Below, in pieces: positions 11,436 to 24,988 of a DNA stretch of 64,000 nucleotides. Both the position numbers and the translations under genes were made by a program. Where the stretch lies: assembly GCF_003334385.1 (NCBI RefSeq), contig NZ_QOWN01000002.1; one strand, given 5' to 3'. The notes beneath the pieces were generated by a model. It ran no database searches. It saw nothing but the letters and a program-made list of their open reading frames with translations, and had not been told where the DNA came from. Each line of letters starts with the position of its first letter. The first letter of the stretch is position 1. The DNA is from Escherichia coli. Lineage in GTDB: Bacteria; Pseudomonadota; Gammaproteobacteria; Enterobacterales; Enterobacteriaceae.

Positions 11436-12095
11436 ATGCGAATTTTACTGATAGAAGATGACATGCTGATTGGCGACGGCATCAAAACGGGCCTTAGTAA
11501 AATGGGTTTTAGCGTCGACTGGTTTACACAAGGTCGTCAGGGAAAAGAGGCGCTTTATAGCGCACCTTATGATGCGGTGATCCTGGATTTAACCTTACCA
11601 GGCATGGATGGTCGCGATATTTTGCGCGAATGGCGAGAAAAAGGTCAGCGTGAGCCGGTACTGATCCTGACCGCGCGCGATGCGCTGGCGGAACGTGTAG
11701 AAGGGCTGCGTCTGGGAGCTGACGATTATCTGTGTAAACCTTTTGCGTTGATAGAAGTCGCCGCCAGGCTGGAAGCTCTGATGCGCCGAACCAACGGCCA
11801 GGCCAGCAACGAGCTGCGCCACGGTAACGTCATGCTCGACCCCGGCAAACGTATCGCCACGCTGGCTGGCGAACCCTTAACACTGAAACCAAAAGAATTT
11901 GCCCTGCTGGAATTACTGATGCGTAACGCTGGTCGGGTACTGCCGCGCAAACTGATTGAAGAGAAACTGTATACCTGGGACGAAGAGGTCACCAGTAATG
12001 CCGTTGAAGTGCATGTGCATCATCTGCGACGCAAACTCGGTAGTGATTTTATTCGTACCGTGCATGGTATTGGTTACACATTAGGTGAGAAATGA
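11436..12095 (+). CDS. qseB: Two-component response regulator QseB (OmpR family)
   Basis: ORF track; 219 aa; receiver + winged-helix. Confidence 0.95.
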   Translation: MRILLIEDDMLIGDGIKTGLSKMGFSVDWFTQGRQGKEALYSAPYDAVILDLTLPGMDGRDILREWREKGQREPVLILTARDALAERVEGLRLGADDYLCKPFALIEVAARLEALMRRTNGQASNELRHGNVMLDPGKRIATLAGEPLTLKPKEFALLELLMRNAGRVLPRKLIEEKLYTWDEEVTSNAVEVHVHHLRRKLGSDFIRTVHGIGYTLGEK

Positions 12096-13441
12096 AATTT
12101 ACCCAACGTCTTAGTCTGCGCGTCAGGCTGACGCTAATCTTTTTAATTCTGGCCTCGGTGACCTGGCTGCTTTCCAGCTTTGTCGCCTGGAAACAAACAA
12201 CGGATAACGTCGATGAATTGTTCGACACCCAACTGATGCTGTTTGCCAAGCGGTTAAGTACGCTCGATCTCAACGAAATCAACGCGGCGGATCGCATGGC
12301 ACAGACGCCAAATAGATTAAAACACGGTCATGTTGATGACGATGCGCTGACCTTTGCCATCTTTACCCACGACGGCAGAATGGTCCTTAATGATGGCGAT
12401 AACGGAGAAGATATTCCCTATAGCTATCAACGGGAAGGTTTTGCTGACGGGCAACTGGTCGGTGAAGACGATCCTTGGCGTTTTGTCTGGATGACCTCAC
12501 CTGATGGCAAATATCGCATCGTTGTTGGCCAGGAATGGGAATACCGTGAAGACATGGCGCTGGCGATTGTTGCCGGGCAATTGATCCCGTGGCTGGTCGC
12601 ACTGCCGATTATGTTAATCATCATGATGGTACTACTGGGTCGTGAACTCGCGCCGCTGAACAAACTGGCGCTGGCACTACGTATGCGTGACCCTGACTCG
12701 GAAAAACCACTAAACGCGACTGGCGTACCCAGCGAAGTGCGGCCACTGGTTGAGTCGCTAAATCAACTGTTCGCCCGCACACATGCGATGATGGTTCGTG
12801 AACGACGCTTTACCTCCGACGCAGCTCACGAACTTCGTAGCCCGTTAACGGCGCTGAAAGTGCAAACCGAAGTTGCGCAGCTCTCTGACGATGATCCGCA
12901 GGCGCGGAAAAAAGCACTGCTCCAATTACATTCCGGGATCGATCGCGCTACTCGTCTGGTTGATCAACTGCTCACGCTATCGCGGCTGGACTCACTGGAT
13001 AACCTTCAGGACGTCGCGGAGATCCCGCTTGAAGATCTCCTGCAATCGTCGGTGATGGATATTTACCACACGGCGCAGCAGGCGAAAATTGACGTGCGAC
13101 TGACACTCAATGCCCACAGCATCAAACGCACCGGGCAACCGCTATTGCTAAGTTTGTTGGTGCGAAATTTGCTGGATAACGCCGTGCGCTACAGTCCACA
13201 GGGCAGCGTGGTAGACGTCACGCTGAATGCTGATAATTTCATCGTGAGGGATAACGGCCCCGGTGTGACACCAGAGGCACTGGCGCGAATTGGCGAACGC
13301 TTCTATCGCCCACCCGGACAAACCGCTACCGGCAGCGGGCTTGGGCTATCGATTGTCCAGCGAATCGCCAAATTGCATGGCATGAATGTTGAATTTGGGA
13401 ATGCGGAACAAGGTGGATTTGAGGCGAAGGTAAGCTGGTAA
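12092..13441 (+). CDS. qseC: Sensor histidine kinase QseC
   Basis: ORF track; 449 aa; 4-nt overlap with qseB (translational coupling); H-box AAHELRSPL. Confidence 0.95.
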   Translation: MKFTQRLSLRVRLTLIFLILASVTWLLSSFVAWKQTTDNVDELFDTQLMLFAKRLSTLDLNEINAADRMAQTPNRLKHGHVDDDALTFAIFTHDGRMVLNDGDNGEDIPYSYQREGFADGQLVGEDDPWRFVWMTSPDGKYRIVVGQEWEYREDMALAIVAGQLIPWLVALPIMLIIMMVLLGRELAPLNKLALALRMRDPDSEKPLNATGVPSEVRPLVESLNQLFARTHAMMVRERRFTSDAAHELRSPLTALKVQTEVAQLSDDDPQARKKALLQLHSGIDRATRLVDQLLTLSRLDSLDNLQDVAEIPLEDLLQSSVMDIYHTAQQAKIDVRLTLNAHSIKRTGQPLLLSLLVRNLLDNAVRYSPQGSVVDVTLNADNFIVRDNGPGVTPEALARIGERFYRPPGQTATGSGLGLSIVQRIAKLHGMNVEFGNAEQGGFEAKVSW

Positions 13442-13450
13442 CTTCTCTGT

Positions 13451-13486
13451 CTATGAGAGCCGTTAAAACGACTCTCATAGATTTTA
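13451..13486. terminator. Hairpin CTATGAGAG...CTCTCATAG between convergent qseC and ygiZ
   Basis: 9-bp perfect inverted repeat with 12-nt loop followed by atttta. Confidence 0.5.
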
Positions 13487-13819
13487 CTAATAGCAAAATA
13501 TAAACCGTCCCCAAAAAAGCCACCAACCACAAACCAGACAAATACCGAGCGAGAATACATATACCCAAAACTCGAACATTTCCCGCATAAAGAGTTTTCT
13601 TAAGATAAGAATAATAAGTGGCGTAAGAAGAAAAAATGCTGCAATCATTGCTTGCAATATACGATCTTCGCCTGAAACGGAAGGTATACTGCAAATATTT
13701 CCTCCCGACTCAAGCATCCAGTCATACTTATTGAAAGCAAAAAAAGAATCTATTAACCAATAAGTAAGCATTATATATAGCAATGCTTCAAATATTGTTT
13801 TAATTTTCTGCTTTAACAT
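13487..13819 (-). CDS. ygiZ: Inner membrane protein (110 aa, 3-4 TM helices)
   Basis: ORF track; hydrophobic; AT-rich codon usage. Confidence 0.8.
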   Translation of the reverse strand: MLKQKIKTIFEALLYIMLTYWLIDSFFAFNKYDWMLESGGNICSIPSVSGEDRILQAMIAAFFLLTPLIILILRKLFMREMFEFWVYVFSLGICLVCGWWLFWGRFIFCY

Positions 13820-14137
13820 ATATCAGTACGCTCATAAAAATCCATTTATAATTATCAACATGACACGTTGATACTTTCATCTTTTACTTATTCAAAGCCA
13901 TATTTTCAATCCCCAAAAAAACCGAACCAAACGTGTAAATTATTCCGGTGCGAGTAAGAATTATGAGGAATGGCTATCAGTATTGTCATTTTCAGAAAAT
14001 ATTTATCCTGCATCGGTGAGTCAGAGTAAGATCAGACTTTTGCTAAATTCGCAAAAGACTTTGCACATTTTGCTAATTTCACCGTACCGCTCTGTGACGT
14101 ACTATAGTCGGCAAACGTCTCACCTTGAGGTTAAAAA

Positions 14138-14719
14138 ATGAGCAACATCCTGATTATCAACGGCGCGAAAAAATTCGCCCACTCCAATGGTCAACTGAAC
14201 GACACCCTGACCGAAGTCGCGGATGGCACACTGCGCGACCTTGGGCATGATGTCCGCATCGTTCGCGCCGACAGCGACTACGATGTCAAAGCGGAAGTAC
14301 AAAACTTTCTCTGGGCTGATGTGGTGATCTGGCAGATGCCAGGCTGGTGGATGGGCGCGCCGTGGACAGTGAAAAAATACATTGATGATGTATTCACCGA
14401 AGGTCACGGGACGCTGTATGCCAGCGATGGTCGTACCCGCAAAGATCCGTCGAAAAAATACGGTTCCGGCGGCCTGGTACAGGGCAAAAAATATATGCTT
14501 TCTCTGACCTGGAACGCACCAATGGAAGCCTTCACCGAAAAAGATCAGTTCTTCCACGGCGTTGGCGTTGACGGTGTGTATCTGCCGTTCCATAAAGCAA
14601 ACCAATTCCTCGGTATGGAACCGCTGCCGACATTTATCGCTAATGACGTGATAAAAATGCCTGATGTTCCCCGCTATACTGAAGAATATCGCAAGCATCT
14701 TGTGGAAATTTTTGGTTAA
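14138..14719 (+). CDS. mdaB: NADPH:quinone oxidoreductase MdaB
   Basis: ORF track; 193 aa. Confidence 0.93.
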   Translation: MSNILIINGAKKFAHSNGQLNDTLTEVADGTLRDLGHDVRIVRADSDYDVKAEVQNFLWADVVIWQMPGWWMGAPWTVKKYIDDVFTEGHGTLYASDGRTRKDPSKKYGSGGLVQGKKYMLSLTWNAPMEAFTEKDQFFHGVGVDGVYLPFHKANQFLGMEPLPTFIANDVIKMPDVPRYTEEYRKHLVEIFG

Positions 14720-14749
14720 CTAGAGCTCAGGCTTTAGAAGGAGTTAACC

Positions 14750-15064
14750 ATGCTTACCGTAATCGCAGAAATCCGTACTCGTCCTGGTCAACATCACCGT
14801 CAGGCGGTATTGGATCAGTTTGCTAAAATCGTTCCAACCGTACTGAAAGAAGAAGGTTGCCACGGCTATGCGCCAATGGTGGATTGCGCAGCTGGCGTGA
14901 GTTTCCAGTCTATGGCACCGGATTCTATCGTGATGATTGAGCAGTGGGAAAGCATCGCGCATCTTGAAGCGCATCTGCAAACCCCGCACATGAAGGCGTA
15001 TAGCGAAGCCGTAAAAGGTGACGTGCTGGAGATGAATATCCGTATTCTGCAGCCAGGGATTTAA
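14750..15064 (+). CDS. ygiN: Quinol monooxygenase YgiN (ABM domain)
   Basis: ORF track; 104 aa; SD ggag upstream. Confidence 0.9.
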   Translation: MLTVIAEIRTRPGQHHRQAVLDQFAKIVPTVLKEEGCHGYAPMVDCAAGVSFQSMAPDSIVMIEQWESIAHLEAHLQTPHMKAYSEAVKGDVLEMNIRILQPGI

Positions 15065-15111
15065 TCCTGCCTTGTTTGCCCGGCCATCCTGACCGGGCAA
15101 TGTTCTTTCCT

Positions 15112-17007
<1,896 letters not shown>

Positions 17008-17032
17008 TTAAGTTAGTAATTCGAGTTGATCG

Positions 17033-17614
17033 TCAGAGATGGTGCAGACCAAGAAAATCGACGATCGGGTTGAAATAATCTTCGAAGCCCGTGAATGCGT
17101 GGTTGCCGCCTTCTATGACAGTCTGGCGGCAGGAAGCGTAGTACGCCACCGCCTGGCGGTAATCCAGCACTTCATCTCCCGTCTGTTGCAGCAGCCAGAT
17201 CAAATCCGGCGCTTCCAGCGGGTCAATCTGCATGACTTTAAGATCGTAAATATGGCGTGACTCTAGCACATATTGCTGCCCGGTGTAGGGGTTCTCGTTC
17301 TGACCGAGATAGTCCGTCAGCAGTTCAAACGGGCGCACCGCCGGGTTTACCACCACTGCGGGCAGCATAAAACATTGTGACAACCAGGTGGCGTAATATC
17401 CCCCCAGTGACGAACCGACAATACCCAGCGAATCACCGCCATGTTCCAGGACAATGGATTCCAGCAGCTCTGCCGCGTCGGAAGGATACGGCGGCAACTG
17501 CGGAATGATCATCTCAACGTCAGGGTGATGTTCCGCCAGCCAGTTTTTTAACAAGCTCGCTTTTGCAGAGCGCGGCGAGCTGTTGAAACCGTGTAAATAA
17601 AGAAGCGTAGACAT
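17033..17614 (-). CDS. yqiA: Esterase YqiA (alpha/beta hydrolase)
   Basis: ORF track; 193 aa; GSSLGG nucleophile elbow. Confidence 0.9.
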   Translation of the reverse strand: MSTLLYLHGFNSSPRSAKASLLKNWLAEHHPDVEMIIPQLPPYPSDAAELLESIVLEHGGDSLGIVGSSLGGYYATWLSQCFMLPAVVVNPAVRPFELLTDYLGQNENPYTGQQYVLESRHIYDLKVMQIDPLEAPDLIWLLQQTGDEVLDYRQAVAYYASCRQTVIEGGNHAFTGFEDYFNPIVDFLGLHHL

Positions 17615-18441
17615 CAGTAGCCTTCTGAAGCGGTATCAGGTTGGAAACGTGTGTCCGCCAGGCGATGCACCTCGGTGGTCAGCGTGCCATCAGCATGTAA
17701 CTCGAGAGTACGCCAGCCGGGCGCGATGGTATCCAGCGTAAAGTTGGAACAGTGCGGCTTAAACTGCACACAGGTCGACGGCGTTGCCAGCAGGCGGCGA
17801 CCATTCCAGTCGAGATCCAGCTCCTGATGAATATGACCGCACAGCAAGTATTTGACGTGCGGAAACTTCGCCAGCACGGTATCCAGTTCGCCCGCGTTAC
17901 GCAGACTGTGTTGATCGAGCCAACTACAACCCGCAGGTAGCGGATGATGATGCAGCAGCAGCAACGTATGGCGTTCTGGCGCATCGGCCAGTTTACGTTC
18001 CAGCCACTCAAGCTGAAACTCGCTCAGCTCACCGTGCGGCACGCCAAACACCTGGCTATCCAGCAACAGGATTTGCCATTGCTCACCAATAAACACGCGC
18101 TTCGCCGGGGAGATACCCGCATCCTGTAACGCGCTGTACATCGCGGGCTGGAAATCGTGGTTGCCCGGCAGCCAGACGCAGGGCGCACGAAAACTTGCGA
18201 TGCCTTCAGCGAAATGCTGATAGGCCGCAGAGGATTGATCCTGCGCTAAATCACCTGTCGCGACAATCAGGTCGAATTCGTGCTGGTGTGGCCGAATCGC
18301 CTCCAGCACCGCCTGGTAACTCTCCCAGGTGTTTACCCCTAACAGGGCTTCGTGCTTTTGTGCAAACAGGTGAGTGTCGGTAATTTGTAAAATCCTGACT
18401 CTGGCCTCACCAGCCAGAGGAAGGGTTAACAGGCTTTCCAA
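17614..18441 (-). CDS. cpdA: 3',5'-cyclic AMP phosphodiesterase CpdA (metallophosphatase)
   Basis: ORF track; 275 aa; 1-nt overlap with yqiA. Confidence 0.93.
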   Translation of the reverse strand: MESLLTLPLAGEARVRILQITDTHLFAQKHEALLGVNTWESYQAVLEAIRPHQHEFDLIVATGDLAQDQSSAAYQHFAEGIASFRAPCVWLPGNHDFQPAMYSALQDAGISPAKRVFIGEQWQILLLDSQVFGVPHGELSEFQLEWLERKLADAPERHTLLLLHHHPLPAGCSWLDQHSLRNAGELDTVLAKFPHVKYLLCGHIHQELDLDWNGRRLLATPSTCVQFKPHCSNFTLDTIAPGWRTLELHADGTLTTEVHRLADTRFQPDTASEGY

Positions 18442-18465
18442 ATGGTGTCCTTAGGTTTCACGACG

Positions 18466-18888
18466 CTAATAAACCGGAATCGCCATCGCTCCATGTGCTA
18501 AACAGTATCGCAACCAGTCCGCTAAAAACTGATTAATTTGATGCTTTTCGTCGCGTTGATGCAACTTTTTATTAGGATAATCATACCGCGCTTTGAAGCG
18601 AAAAATCTGCTGGCTTGAACACACTTCAGCCACCATCGCGTCATGATACAGACGCACCGTCATTGACGGAAGGCTCCAGTAACTGATCGCGGGCGCAGTC
18701 TGTTCTATTGTCACCAGGGTAGTGTATCGGGTCGATTCCACAATCGTCAGCCGATATTGTGCGTTTGCCACCTGATAGCTTACAGTTTCGCCGGGTGCGT
18801 CATTGCGCGGTAACAAACGGCGCAATTGTGAAAAGTTCATCTCGCACAGGCGCATCATTTCAGGAAAGTCAGGTGTGTAACGCTTCAT
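18466..18888 (-). CDS. yqiB: DUF1249 protein YqiB
   Basis: ORF track; 140 aa; directly abuts nudF. Confidence 0.85.
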
Positions 18889-19518
18889 TTATGCCCACTC
18901 ATTTTTTAACGCTTGATGATGCAGCTGCAGCCATTGCAAAGCGATGACCGACGCTGCGTTGTCGATTTTCCCCTCTTCTACCCACTGGTATGCCTGTTCC
19001 CGGCTTACCACATGAACGCGAATATCTTCGTTTTCATCAGCCAGACCGTGAATACCGCTTGCGGTCGTGGCGTCCACTTCGCCCACCATAATTGACGAAC
19101 GCTCACTGGTGCCCCCCGGGCTTGCCAGGAAACTTAACACCGGTTTGGTCCGTTTGACTATCAGTCCCGCCTCTTCAATCGCTTCGCGACGGGCAACATC
19201 TTCCACACTTTCACCCTCTTCAATCATCCCGGCAACCATCTCCAGTAGCCAAGGGGTTTCGCTGGTGTCGTACGCGGCAATCCGAATCTGCTCAATCAGC
19301 ACAACTTCATCACGCACTGGGTCAAAGGGTAGCAAGACTGCGGCGTGACCGCGCTCAAAAATTTCCCGCCGCACCTCATGACTCATTTGCCCGTTGAATA
19401 GACGATGACGAAATCTATAAAGATCTAATGAAAAAAAGCCGCGATAAAGTGTTTCTCGTGCAATAATTTCTACATCGTTTTTGCCAAATGTAACGGGCAG
19501 GTTGTCTGGCTTAAGCAT
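18889..19518 (-). CDS. nudF: ADP-ribose pyrophosphatase (Nudix)
   Basis: ORF track; 209 aa; Nudix box [22 protein letters not shown]. Confidence 0.93.
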
Positions 19519-19722
19519 TGTTAATGTCCTGGCACTAATAGTGAATTAAATGTGAATTTCAGCGACGTTTGACTGCCGTTTGAGCAGTCATGTGTTAAAT
19601 TGAGGCACATTAACGCCCTATGGCACGTAACGCCAACCTTTTGCGGTAGCGGCTTCTGCTAGAATCCGCAATAATTTTACAGTTTGATCGCGCTAAATAC
19701 TGCTTCACCACAAGGAATGCAA

Positions 19723-21204
19723 ATGAAGAAATTGCTCCCCATTCTTATCGGCCTGAGCCTTTCTGGGTTCAGTTCGTTGAGCCAGGCCGAGAACCTGATG
19801 CAAGTTTATCAGCAAGCACGCCTTAGTAACCCGGAATTGCGTAAGTCTGCCGCCGATCGTGATGCTGCCTTTGAAAAAATTAATGAAGCGCGCAGTCCAT
19901 TACTGCCACAGCTAGGTTTAGGTGCAGATTACACCTATAGCAACGGCTACCGCGACGCGAACGGCATCAACTCTAACGCGACCAGTGCGTCCTTGCAGTT
20001 AACTCAATCCATTTTTGATATGTCGAAATGGCGTGCGTTAACGCTGCAGGAAAAAGCAGCAGGGATTCAGGACGTCACGTATCAGACCGATCAGCAAACC
20101 TTGATCCTCAACACCGCGACCGCTTATTTCAACGTGTTGAATGCTATTGACGTTCTTTCCTATACACAGGCACAAAAAGAAGCGATCTACCGTCAATTAG
20201 ATCAAACCACCCAACGTTTTAACGTGGGCCTGGTAGCGATCACCGACGTGCAGAACGCCCGCGCACAGTACGATACCGTGCTGGCGAACGAAGTGACCGC
20301 ACGTAATAACCTTGATAACGCGGTAGAGCAGCTGCGCCAGATCACCGGTAACTACTATCCGGAACTGGCTGCGCTGAATGTCGAAAACTTTAAAACCGAC
20401 AAACCACAGCCGGTTAACGCGCTGCTGAAAGAAGCCGAAAAACGCAACCTGTCGCTGTTACAGGCACGCTTGAGCCAGGACCTGGCGCGCGAGCAAATTC
20501 GCCAGGCGCAGGATGGTCACTTACCGACTCTGGATTTAACGGCTTCTACCGGGATTTCTGACACCTCTTATAGCGGTTCGAAAACCCGTGGTGCCGCTGG
20601 TACCCAGTATGACGATAGCAATATGGGCCAGAACAAAGTTGGCCTGAGCTTCTCGCTGCCGATTTATCAGGGCGGAATGGTTAACTCGCAGGTGAAACAG
20701 GCACAGTACAACTTTGTCGGTGCCAGCGAGCAACTGGAAAGTGCCCATCGTAGCGTCGTGCAGACCGTGCGTTCCTCCTTCAACAACATTAATGCATCTA
20801 TCAGTAGCATTAACGCCTACAAACAAGCCGTAGTTTCCGCTCAAAGCTCATTAGACGCGATGGAAGCGGGCTACTCGGTCGGTACGCGTACCATTGTTGA
20901 TGTGTTGGATGCGACCACCACGTTGTACAACGCCAAGCAAGAGCTGGCGAATGCGCGTTATAACTACCTGATTAATCAGCTGAATATTAAGTCAGCTCTG
21001 GGTACGTTGAACGAGCAGGATCTGCTGGCACTGAACAATGCGCTGAGCAAACCGGTTTCCACTAATCCGGAAAACGTTGCACCGCAAACGCCGGAACAGA
21101 ATGCTATTGCTGATGGTTATGCGCCTGATAGCCCGGCACCAGTCGTTCAGCAAACATCCGCACGCACTACCACCAGTAACGGTCATAACCCTTTCCGTAA
21201 CTGA
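19723..21204 (+). CDS. tolC: Outer membrane efflux channel TolC; start trimmed to MKKLLPILIG
   Basis: ORF track frame; signal peptide; 493 aa. Confidence 0.97.
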   Translation: MKKLLPILIGLSLSGFSSLSQAENLMQVYQQARLSNPELRKSAADRDAAFEKINEARSPLLPQLGLGADYTYSNGYRDANGINSNATSASLQLTQSIFDMSKWRALTLQEKAAGIQDVTYQTDQQTLILNTATAYFNVLNAIDVLSYTQAQKEAIYRQLDQTTQRFNVGLVAITDVQNARAQYDTVLANEVTARNNLDNAVEQLRQITGNYYPELAALNVENFKTDKPQPVNALLKEAEKRNLSLLQARLSQDLAREQIRQAQDGHLPTLDLTASTGISDTSYSGSKTRGAAGTQYDDSNMGQNKVGLSFSLPIYQGGMVNSQVKQAQYNFVGASEQLESAHRSVVQTVRSSFNNINASISSINAYKQAVVSAQSSLDAMEAGYSVGTRTIVDVLDATTTLYNAKQELANARYNYLINQLNIKSALGTLNEQDLLALNNALSKPVSTNPENVAPQTPEQNAIADGYAPDSPAPVVQQTSARTTTSNGHNPFRN

Positions 21205-21351
21205 TGACGACGACGGGGCTTCGGCCCCGTCTGAACGTAAGGCAACGTAAAGATACGGGTTATCTGCCGCATTCTTCCCCCTTCTCGCTTCAATTTCGAC
21301 CAGCCATCCTCTATTCTGATGGGTATTTACCACTGGTCCCGGAAGACAAAA

Positions 21352-22023
21352 ATGAAACGGACAAAATCCATACGCCACGCATCGTTCCGCAAAAACTGGA
21401 GCGCACGCCATCTGACACCAGTCGCTCTCGCGGTTGCCACTGTTTTTATGCTGGCTGGCTGTGAAAAGAGTGATGAAACAGTGTCTCTCTATCAAAATGC
21501 TGACGACTGTTCAGCTGCAAACCCAGGCAAAAGCGCCGAATGTACCACCGCGTACAACAATGCGCTGAAAGAAGCCGAACGTACTGCGCCGAAATACGCC
21601 ACCCGTGAAGACTGTGTTGCTGAATTTGGTGAAGGTCAGTGCCAGCAGGCACCAGCCCAGGCTGGCATGGCACCAGAAAACCAGGCGCAGGCCCAGCAAT
21701 CCAGCGGGAGTTTCTGGATGCCGCTGATGGCCGGTTACATGATGGGGCGTCTGATGGGCGGCGGCGCGGGATTTGCACAGCAGCCGCTGTTCTCCTCGAA
21801 AAACCCAGCCAGTCCGGCTTACGGTAAATATACCGACGCGACGGGTAAAAACTATGGCGCAGCCCAGCCAGGCCGCACCATGACCGTACCGAAGACGGCA
21901 ATGGCACCAAAACCGGCGACCACCACTACCGTTACCCGTGGCGGTTTTGGTGAATCTGTTGCCAAACAAAGCACTATGCAGCGTAGTGCAACCGGTACCT
22001 CTTCTCGTTCAATGGGTGGCTGA
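21352..22023 (+). CDS. ygiB: DUF1190 protein YgiB; start trimmed to MKRTKSIRH
   Basis: ORF track frame; lipoprotein-like signal (LAGC); 223 aa. Confidence 0.85.
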
Positions 22024-22028
22024 TACCG

Positions 22029-23189
22029 ATGGAAAGAGTCAGTATTACCGAGCGCCCGGACTGGCGTGAGAAAGCCCACGAATACGGTTTCAATTTTCAC
22101 ACCATGTACGGCGAGCCGTACTGGTGTGAAGATGCTTACTACAAGTTGACCCTCGCCCAGGTTGAAAAGCTGGAAGAAGTCACCGCCGAACTGCACCAGA
22201 TGTGCCTGAAAGTGGTGGAAAAAGTGATCGCCAGCGATGAGCTGATGACCAAATTCCGCATTCCAAAACACACCTGGAGTTTTGTGCGCCAGTCATGGCT
22301 GACGCACCAGCCATCGCTTTATTCGCGTCTTGATCTGGCGTGGGATGGCACTGGTGAACCTAAACTTCTGGAAAATAACGCCGATACGCCAACGTCACTA
22401 TACGAGGCGGCGTTCTTTCAGTGGATCTGGCTGGAAGATCAGCTTAACGCCGGTAACTTGCCGGAGGGCAGCGACCAGTTTAACAGTCTGCAAGAAAAAC
22501 TGATCGATCGCTTCGTTGAGCTGCGTGAACAGTATGGCTTCCAGTTGCTGCATCTCACCTGCTGTCGCGACACGGTGGAAGATCGCGGAACCATTCAGTA
22601 TTTGCAGGACTGCGCAACGGAAGCTGAAATTGCTACTGAGTTCCTCTACATCGATGATATCGGGTTAGGTGAAAAAGGTCAGTTCACGGATTTACAGGAT
22701 CAGGTAATTTCCAACCTGTTCAAACTGTATCCGTGGGAATTTATGTTGCGTGAGATGTTCTCAACCAAGCTGGAGGATGCAGGCGTACGCTGGCTGGAAC
22801 CGGCGTGGAAGAGCATTATCTCCAACAAGGCACTTCTACCGCTACTGTGGGAGATGTTCCCGAATCACCCGAACCTGCTGCCCGCTTATTTTGCGGAAGA
22901 TGATCATCCGCAAATGGAAAAATATGTGGTTAAACCGATCTTCTCCCGTGAAGGCGCAAACGTGTCGATCATTGAGAACGGCAAAACCATTGAAGCAGCG
23001 GAAGGTCCGTATGGCGAAGAAGGGATGATTGTTCAGCAATTCCACCCGTTACCGAAATTCGGCGACAGCTATATGCTGATTGGTAGCTGGCTGGTGAACG
23101 ATCAACCCGCCGGAATTGGCATTCGTGAAGACCGTGCATTGATCACCCAGGATATGTCTCGGTTTTATCCACATATTTTTGTTGAATAA
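22029..23189 (+). CDS. ygiC: Glutathionylspermidine-synthase-like ATP-grasp protein YgiC
   Basis: ORF track; 386 aa. Confidence 0.88.
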
Positions 23190-23226
23190 GCCACGATACC
23201 GGATGGCACTCGCCATCCGGTAATTG

Positions 23227-24015
23227 TTAGCCTATCTGCACCGACAGCATACTCAGGCTGCCCATTTCTATACCCTCAACCGGAATGGTAATTGGCTCCT
23301 GCCCATCCCACGCACCTAACACATACAACAACGGCAAATAATGCTCTGGCGTTGGGTTCGATAACGTGCCACCTTCATGGTCGAGGTAATTCACCAGAGG
23401 ATGTTGTTCCACTGGCCCTTGCCACGTCAGATTCGCTTTCACATACTCATTAAACGACGTCGCCCACGGATACGGTGAACTATCACCGTGCCACTTCACT
23501 GTGCGCAGGTTATGCACCACGTTACCGCTGGCGACCAACATTATTCCTTCATCTCGCAGCGCTGCCAGTTTGCGCCCCATTTCGAAATGCCAGGCGGCAG
23601 GTTTGCTACTGTCGATACTCAACTGCACCATCGGGATATCAGCGTCAGGATACATCTTAATCAGCACGCCCCACGAGCCGTGGTCAAAGCCCCAGGCTTC
23701 TTTATCCAGCGTCACCGGGATCGGCGCTAACAGCTCAACCAGACGCTGTGCCAGCGCAGGCGAACCCGGAGCAGGATAATGCGTATCGTACAGCGCCTGC
23801 GGGAAGCCACCAAAGTCATGAATCGTGGGCGGCGTCTCCATCGCGGTCACTCCTGTTCCACGGGTAAACCAGTGAGCCGAAACCACCACAATCGCTTGCG
23901 GGCGTGGCAATGTCATCCCCAACTTCTGCCAGCTGCGGGTATACAAATTATCTTCCAGCACGTTCATCGGACTACCGTGACCTAAAAACAATGCTGGCAT
24001 ACGTGTTGAAGACAT
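23227..24015 (-). CDS. ygiD: 4,5-DOPA dioxygenase extradiol-like protein; start trimmed to MSSTRMPALF (alternative 24042)
   Basis: ORF track frame; internal Met chosen by family length. Confidence 0.85.
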   Translation of the reverse strand: MSSTRMPALFLGHGSPMNVLEDNLYTRSWQKLGMTLPRPQAIVVVSAHWFTRGTGVTAMETPPTIHDFGGFPQALYDTHYPAPGSPALAQRLVELLAPIPVTLDKEAWGFDHGSWGVLIKMYPDADIPMVQLSIDSSKPAAWHFEMGRKLAALRDEGIMLVASGNVVHNLRTVKWHGDSSPYPWATSFNEYVKANLTWQGPVEQHPLVNYLDHEGGTLSNPTPEHYLPLLYVLGAWDGQEPITIPVEGIEMGSLSMLSVQIG

Positions 24016-24157
24016 GATGATATCCTTAACTAAAGGTGTCATTTTGATATCCTCACAATACGCTTGTTCGGCGGAGTAAGAACCCGGATAACAATGATGA
24101 TGATCATCAGTTATTTTGACGATCTGCCTGAAGGTGAAGATTTATAAGGAGTTGTCG

Positions 24158-24931
24158 ATGTCAGTACCTCTCATTCTGACCATACTGGCGGGGGCAGCCA
24201 CGTTTATTGGCGCGTTTCTCGGCGTTCTCGGGCAAAAACCCTCGAACCGCTTACTGGCGTTTTCGCTAGGTTTTGCGGCGGGGATCATGTTGCTCATCTC
24301 ATTAATGGAAATGCTTCCTGCCGCACTAGCAGCTGAAGGAATGTCGCCTGTGTTGGGTTATGGAATGTTTATCTTCGGTCTGCTTGGCTATTTTGGCCTG
24401 GACCGCATGTTGCCACATGCTCATCCGCAGGATTTAATGCAAAAATCGGTGCAGCCGTTGCCAAAATCGATCAAGCGCACAGCCATTCTGCTCACTCTCG
24501 GCATCAGTCTGCATAACTTCCCGGAAGGGATTGCCACCTTTGTCACGGCGAGCAGCAACCTGGAGCTGGGATTTGGCATCGCACTGGCCGTCGCGTTGCA
24601 CAATATCCCTGAAGGTCTGGCAGTGGCAGGCCCGGTTTATGCGGCAACGGGGTCTAAACGCACCGCGATTCTGTGGGCGGGAATTTCTGGACTAGCAGAA
24701 ATTCTTGGTGGTGTGCTGGCGTGGTTAATCCTCGGTAGCATGATTTCCCCGGTGGTCATGGCGGCAATCATGGCGGCGGTTGCAGGAATTATGGTGGCGC
24801 TCTCGGTTGATGAATTAATGCCGCTCGCCAAAGAGATTGACCCTAATAATAACCCCAGCTATGGCGTACTATGTGGAATGTCAGTGATGGGATTCAGTTT
24901 AGTGCTGCTACAAACGGCGGGAATTGGTTAA
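24158..24931 (+). CDS. zupT: Zinc transporter ZupT (ZIP family); start trimmed to [10 protein letters not shown]
   Basis: ORF track frame (track start is TTG); ATG at 24158; 257 aa. Confidence 0.93.
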
Positions 24932-24940
24932 AAACAACAT

Positions 24941-24971
24941 CAGAAGTTGTCCAGCGCATGGACAACTTCTG
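24941..24971 (-). terminator. Hairpin CAGAAGTTGTCC...GGACAACTTCTG; U-run follows on minus strand (terminator of the small ORF)
   Basis: 12-bp perfect inverted repeat; plus-strand aaaacaacat upstream gives a U-rich tail in the minus transcript. Confidence 0.5.
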
Positions 24972-24988
24972 CCAGCTTCACGAAAGCC

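Noticed and set aside
13963-14019. 18-codon ORF (MRNGYQYCHFQKIFILHR) in the ygiZ-mdaB intergenic region
   Set aside because: No convincing Shine-Dalgarno, not hydrophobic or otherwise characteristic; most likely chance ORF in AT-rich DNA
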